Below are positions 60,745-64,000 of a stretch of 64,000 nucleotides of DNA, piece after piece; positions within the stretch are counted from its first letter, which is position 1; every line of letters begins with the position of its first letter. Below the pieces are notes generated by a model, which worked only from the letters and a program-made list of their open reading frames with translations, was not told the DNA's origin and ran no database searches. This stretch comes from Candidatus Woesearchaeota archaeon (GTDB lineage Archaea; Nanobdellota; Nanobdellia; Woesearchaeales; GW2011-AR15): NCBI GenBank assembly GCA_038874655.1, contig JAVZBY010000001.1:231094-295093 (forward strand). The letters are read 5' to 3'. Position numbers and translations under genes: made by a program.

Positions 60745-62409
60745 TTATGTTAATTTATTTGTGTTTTTCATTATTATAAATCCATTTTTATTATATACAA
60801 TTATAAAACCATATTTTTGATATTCACTTATAAGAAAATGGTTTACATTTGCTATTTCTGGTGTTAAATCATTGAAAAATAAATATTCAAAATCTAATAT
60901 GTTAAAAGTATTATTTGGCTCATTTACTTTTTCATATGAAAAAAAGTTTTTTTCTATTTTATTAGTTCTTAATGTATTTGCCCCCCAAACACCTGAAAAT
61001 ATTAATGGCGTTTGATTTGTTGATATATATTCATTTATTCTTTTTTGATACTCACTATAATCAAATAGAGCAGTTATTCTTTTTGTATATATTTGTTCAG
61101 ATTGAAAAACACCACCAAAAAATAAAATTTTATCATTTTTTTTAGTGTTTTCTTGAATCCATTTATAAGCATCCCATTTTTGTAAAGAAATATGTTCGTA
61201 TTTTAATTGTTCTTTTAATGAAAAATAAGTGGGGAGGGAATACAATAAGATTAAACTAAAGAGTAGTATGATAGATATTTTTACTAAATTTTTTATTTTT
61301 AATTTTTCTTCAACCTGTTTTATAAGATAATATGTAAAATAAGATATGCTAGGATATAAAATATAAGGGGTTAAGGTTCTTAATCTGGCAAAGTAATACG
61401 GTTGCTCAATAAATATTAATAAAACATAGGTTATTATAAAAAAATAAATATTAACAAAAAGCCATTTTTTGTATTTTTCTTTATTGATATATAACTGTAA
61501 TATGCTCAAAAACCAAATAATAATTAAATATAAAGGAACAAAAGTAATCAATGGAAAAACCAAACCTCCAGAGTATTCTTTCGTGAAAAAGTTGCTTCTA
61601 AAACCATAAAAGCCAAATTTATATTGAGACGCTCCACTAGAACCCCACACAAATAAAAACCTTGGTAATAAAGTTAAAAAGATTATAGCAAAAGGTATGA
61701 TAAGAAATAAATAATTATATATTGTTTTTTTTATAGAGTTGATAATGTCTTTTGATAAATTTTTTTTAAAAATATAATATGCTAAATATAAACAGGGTAA
61801 AAATAAAACTCCTAAATCTTGTGGGTGAACTAATAAAATACCAGTAAGGCATATTCCTATAAAAAAAAGAACAATTGTTTCTTGTTTTTTTAAATATTTA
61901 ATAAAAAGCCAGATAAATGTTAAAATAAAAAAATTGCTTGGAACTTGAAGCCATAATCCTATATATAAAGGGTAAAGCCAAACATTTAAGGGAATTGGAA
62001 AAATGGAAAATATAGAGGCTAATATTGCTATTTCTTCATTTTCAAAAATTTCCTTTGTTAAAAGATACATTATAATAACATTAAGTGCCATTGTTATGCA
62101 TAATATAAAATAAAGAGTTATCCAAGGAGGTAAATTAGAAAAGGTGGTTAATATTGCAGACGTTATATAATATAAAGGAGGTTGAAGACTAACTTCTTTT
62201 TCTCTTCCTAGAGAAATATATTTATCATAATAATTCCACTGTTTTGTGTCAATTATATTTTCTACAGCAATAACATGGTAAAAAGGATCTGCAGCTTTTA
62301 TGTTTCCAGGATTTGATATAGGTAAACCGTTTAAATTTAAATAAAAAATATTTGAAAGCAAAAAAAGAGATATTATAACTATATTTATTAAATTATATTC
62401 CTCTTTCAT
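60745..62409 (-). CDS. GT-C fold glycosyltransferase-like membrane protein
   Basis: ADPFYH, QPPLYY, LVHP, AYKWIQENT..DKILF. Confidence 0.7.
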   Translation of the reverse strand: MKEEYNLINIVIISLFLLSNIFYLNLNGLPISNPGNIKAADPFYHVIAVENIIDTKQWNYYDKYISLGREKEVSLQPPLYYITSAILTTFSNLPPWITLYFILCITMALNVIIMYLLTKEIFENEEIAILASIFSIFPIPLNVWLYPLYIGLWLQVPSNFFILTFIWLFIKYLKKQETIVLFFIGICLTGILLVHPQDLGVLFLPCLYLAYYIFKKNLSKDIINSIKKTIYNYLFLIIPFAIIFLTLLPRFLFVWGSSGASQYKFGFYGFRSNFFTKEYSGGLVFPLITFVPLYLIIIWFLSILQLYINKEKYKKWLFVNIYFFIITYVLLIFIEQPYYFARLRTLTPYILYPSISYFTYYLIKQVEEKLKIKNLVKISIILLFSLILLYSLPTYFSLKEQLKYEHISLQKWDAYKWIQENTKKNDKILFFGGVFQSEQIYTKRITALFDYSEYQKRINEYISTNQTPLIFSGVWGANTLRTNKIEKNFFSYEKVNEPNNTFNILDFEYLFFNDLTPEIANVNHFLISEYQKYGFIIVYNKNGFIIMKNTNKLT

Positions 62410-62514
62410 TTCTTAATGTTAAATAAAAATTTTTTATTTATAAATTATTTTCTTTTTTACTTTTTTAATTAAACAACAATTAAGCTTAAATACTTTTTAT
62501 TTAATCTAATTAAT

Positions 62515-63171
62515 ATGCAAAGTTTTAATCATACTATAAATAACAAAAAAAATGACCATTTATTTATGCCTCTAAATCATATGGATTCAGTTTATAATTC
62601 AAAAAATCCTTTAGTTAGGTTTGTTCATAGAAATAGATTAAAAAAAATAGTTGAAAATTTGCCAAAAAAAAATTTTATGAAAATACTTGATGCAGGTTGT
62701 GGTGAAGGTCATTTAATTTTAGAGATGTATTCAATAAATAAAAAGAATATTTATTATGGTGTTGATGTTACAGAAGTGGCATTAAAATCTGCAAAAAAAA
62801 GGGTTCCTTTTGCTAGAATAGAAAAAATGGATTTAACAAATTTAAAATTTGAGGATAATTATTTTGATATTATTGTGTGCAGTGAAGTTTTGGAGCACAT
62901 TTATAATTATAATAAAGTTATTGATGAATTAACAAGAGTTTTAAAAAAAGGTGGTTTTTTAATATTAACGTTTCCTAATGAGTTTCTTTGGGTATTAAGC
63001 AGATTATTTTTATTTAGATGGCCGATTAAAGTTCCAGACCATGTGAATTCTTTTTCACCAAATCAAATAAGAAAAATTGTAAAAATGAAATTAATAAATC
63101 AAATTAATTTGCCATTTGGGTTGCCTTTTTTTTTCTCCTTAGGTTGCCTAATGAAATTTGAAAAAAACTAA
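62515..63171 (+). CDS. Class I SAM-dependent methyltransferase
   Basis: ILDAGCGEG, GVD, FDIIVCSEVLEH, RVLKKGG; start may be slightly downstream. Confidence 0.92.
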   Translation: MQSFNHTINNKKNDHLFMPLNHMDSVYNSKNPLVRFVHRNRLKKIVENLPKKNFMKILDAGCGEGHLILEMYSINKKNIYYGVDVTEVALKSAKKRVPFARIEKMDLTNLKFEDNYFDIIVCSEVLEHIYNYNKVIDELTRVLKKGGFLILTFPNEFLWVLSRLFLFRWPIKVPDHVNSFSPNQIRKIVKMKLINQINLPFGLPFFFSLGCLMKFEKN

Positions 63172-63179
63172 GAAAAAAA

Positions 63180-63878
63180 CTAATAATATTTTTTTATATC
63201 ATTAACTCTGATTTTTATGATATCTATAAACATATTAAAAGCATCTTTAAAAAATTTTACTTTACTTAATGAATTGTTATACCAATTAATTCCAACTTCT
63301 TTTATTTTCAGATTATATTTTTTTGCTAAATAAAGTAATTCTACATCAAAACTAAATCTTTTGATTGTTAATTTTTTAAAAATTTTTAAACATTTTTTTC
63401 TGTTAAATAATTTAAATCCACATTGTGTATCTTTTATACCTAATGGCATAATTATTGAAACTAATAAAGGAAAAATATTGCCAGCAATTACTCTAAAAAT
63501 TTTTTGTTTTTGAACAACATTAGAATCTTTTAATCTTCTTGAACCAATTATTATGTCGTAATTTTTTAAATGAGGAAGAAATTTATCTAGTTCTTCTATA
63601 GGAGTACTTAAATCAGCATCTGTAAATAAAACATAATCATATTTTGAATTTAAAAAGCCTTTTTTTACACTGAATCCTTTGCCTGAATTTTGTTTATTTT
63701 TGATTACAATTGCATTATGTTTTGAAGCTATTTCGGCAGTTTTGTCTTTTGAACCATCATCTACAACAATTATTTCGTGTTTTATTTTTTTATTTTTTAA
63801 GTATTCTTTAATTTTAGATAAAGTGATATCTATTCTTTTTTCTTCATTGTACGCGGGTATTATTATAGAGAGGTTCAT
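63180..63878 (-). CDS. Dolichyl-phosphate hexose synthase-like GT2 (Alg5/DPM type)
   Basis: IIPAYNEE, DDGSKD, GKG, DADLSTP, IGSR, DTQCGFKLF, FSFDVELL. Confidence 0.93.
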   Translation of the reverse strand: MNLSIIIPAYNEEKRIDITLSKIKEYLKNKKIKHEIIVVDDGSKDKTAEIASKHNAIVIKNKQNSGKGFSVKKGFLNSKYDYVLFTDADLSTPIEELDKFLPHLKNYDIIIGSRRLKDSNVVQKQKIFRVIAGNIFPLLVSIIMPLGIKDTQCGFKLFNRKKCLKIFKKLTIKRFSFDVELLYLAKKYNLKIKEVGINWYNNSLSKVKFFKDAFNMFIDIIKIRVNDIKKYY

Positions 63879-64000
63879 TTTTTTATTTTTTTGCGAACTA
63901 GATTTATAAACTATAACTATAAATAAGGATTTGTTTGATTTTTTAACATAATTTTATTAATATAAATTTTTAATTATCTTTTATTTCAATTGTTATTGTT

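Noticed and set aside
750-63909. Numerous 60-170 aa antisense or overlapping ORFs (e.g. 6515..6988, 10025..10390, 39145..39651, 47816..48310)
   Set aside because: Phe/Leu/Ser/Ile-rich shadows of Lys/Glu-rich genes on the opposite strand, without motifs
1-64000. Stop-codon reassignment as an explanation for the two broken genes
   Set aside because: Both breaks require a frame change, not readthrough, and TAA, TAG and TGA all terminate conserved genes at the expected positions

Overview
Very AT-rich archaeal chromosome segment with the standard genetic code, most consistent with a DPANN/Woesearchaeota-like organism (archaeal r-proteins such as S4e, L32e and L19e, Rpp29, archaeal DnaG, AglB, KKAQ/KKSQ class III signal peptides). 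1-13.1 kb is the S10/spc ribosomal superoperon through secY, in which rps5 is broken by a frameshift. It is followed by a bacterial-type zwf-pgl-gnd operon, endonuclease IV and an M1 aminopeptidase. 19.9-48.7 kb is a dispersed type IV pilus/Tad-like region with two ATPases, two membrane platform proteins and eight class III signal-peptide proteins, including a vWA adhesin with nested inserts. Two divergently oriented pilin-like proteins share a ~270-aa N-terminal platform ending in NHFS/NHLS but carry different C-terminal enzymes: an M23 peptidase (reached across a +1 frameshift at CTT-TGA) and a clan GH-A glycoside hydrolase with TSP3 repeats. A ~340-nt structured non-coding region precedes dnaG. 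51.5-64 kb is an N-glycosylation/surface glycan cluster. No rRNA, tRNA, CRISPR array or mobile element was recognised. All calls come from reading motifs by eye; no searches were run.
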